From: Octopus sinensis
Lineage: Eukaryota
Direction of reading: 5' to 3'
NCBI RefSeq assembly: GCF_006345805.1
Contig: NC_043004.1
Coordinates: forward strand, 8,370,001-8,434,000
DNA: 64,000 nucleotides
The notes beneath the pieces were generated by a model, which was given only the letters and a program-made list of their open reading frames with translations, was not told where the DNA came from and ran no database searches. This document shows positions 63,302 to 64,000 of this stretch, in pieces. Positions within the stretch are counted from its first letter, which is position 1. Each line of letters begins with the position of its first letter. A program made the position numbers and the translations under genes.

Positions 63302-63518
63302 AAGGCGGTGAGCTGGCAGAATCGTTATCACGCTGGACAAAATGCCTGTCAATATTTCGCCCATCGCTAAGTTTTAAGTTCAAATTCCATCGAGGTTGTC
63401 TTTGCCTTTCACCTTTTCAGGGTCGATAAATTAAGTACCAATGAAAGACTGGGGTCGATGTTATCGACTACTTCCCACTCCCCGCAAAATTTCAACCCTT
63501 GTCCCTTCAGTAGAAAGG

Positions 63519-63530
<12 letters not shown>
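63302..63530 (+). mobile_element. SINE family C with (ATT)n tail
   Basis: Head, core and gaaaggattatt tail. Confidence 0.8.
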
Positions 63531-63558
<28 letters not shown>

Positions 63559-63591
63559 GTAGTAGTAGTAGTATTGTTGTTGTTGTTGTTG

Positions 63592-63640
<49 letters not shown>

Positions 63641-63642
<2 letters not shown>

Positions 63643-64000
63643 GAAAACTCACAGCTTATTCTGCTGGGTATGTTGGAAAGTTTCAGCTGTCCGCAGCCAA
63701 CAAACTAAGGTGACACTTGTTTACTGGCCATGCTTCGAGAACCCTACGAAAAATTCTTACAGTTCCAAGCAACGCTGATTTTTGTAAGTGTCGTACCTTA
63801 CTCCCATGCTCTTTCTGTTTTTTTGTGTTCTTTTCCTCTTTATGCTTTTCTTTCTTTATGTTTTTCTTTCTGTACACAATTCTCAGTTTTAATGACGCCG
63901 GCCTTCCTCGCATGTTTCAAGAATGATGCCAAGGCATTTTTGACATACCACCCTAAGCTGTTTTAGTCTGCTTCGATACAATCCTGGCAACTAATCAAAC
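63641..64000 (-). mobile_element. RLE-type (R4/Dong-like) LINE 3' end, cut by the window edge
   Basis: HLQKSALLGTVRIFRRVLEA followed by an (AAT)n tail at 63521-63640. Confidence 0.8.

Overview
Eukaryotic, repeat-saturated, gene-poor window, most likely from an octopus or other cephalopod (inferred from the SINE families and the extreme microsatellite load). I recognise no host protein-coding gene, rRNA, true tRNA or CRISPR array. The window holds many (TA)n, (CA)n, (TATG)n and (AAT)n microsatellites and four tRNA-like-headed SINE families, labelled A-D here for convenience. It also contains a DD34D mariner, two decayed maT-like elements, a pogo-like MITE, three non-autonomous Helitrons, RTE and CR1 LINE pieces, four RLE-type (R4/Dong-like) LINE pieces sitting in microsatellites, and a probably young Neptune-type Penelope-like element (RT + GIY-YIG). 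There is one 100-N gap. The most interesting layer is at least eight type I hammerhead-ribozyme-like motifs from several unrelated repeat families, often in inverted-repeat structures. They include U4C core variants and one motif with the C3-G8 tertiary pair swapped to G3-C8 (55990-56040). All folds and coordinates were read by eye; no folding or database search was run.
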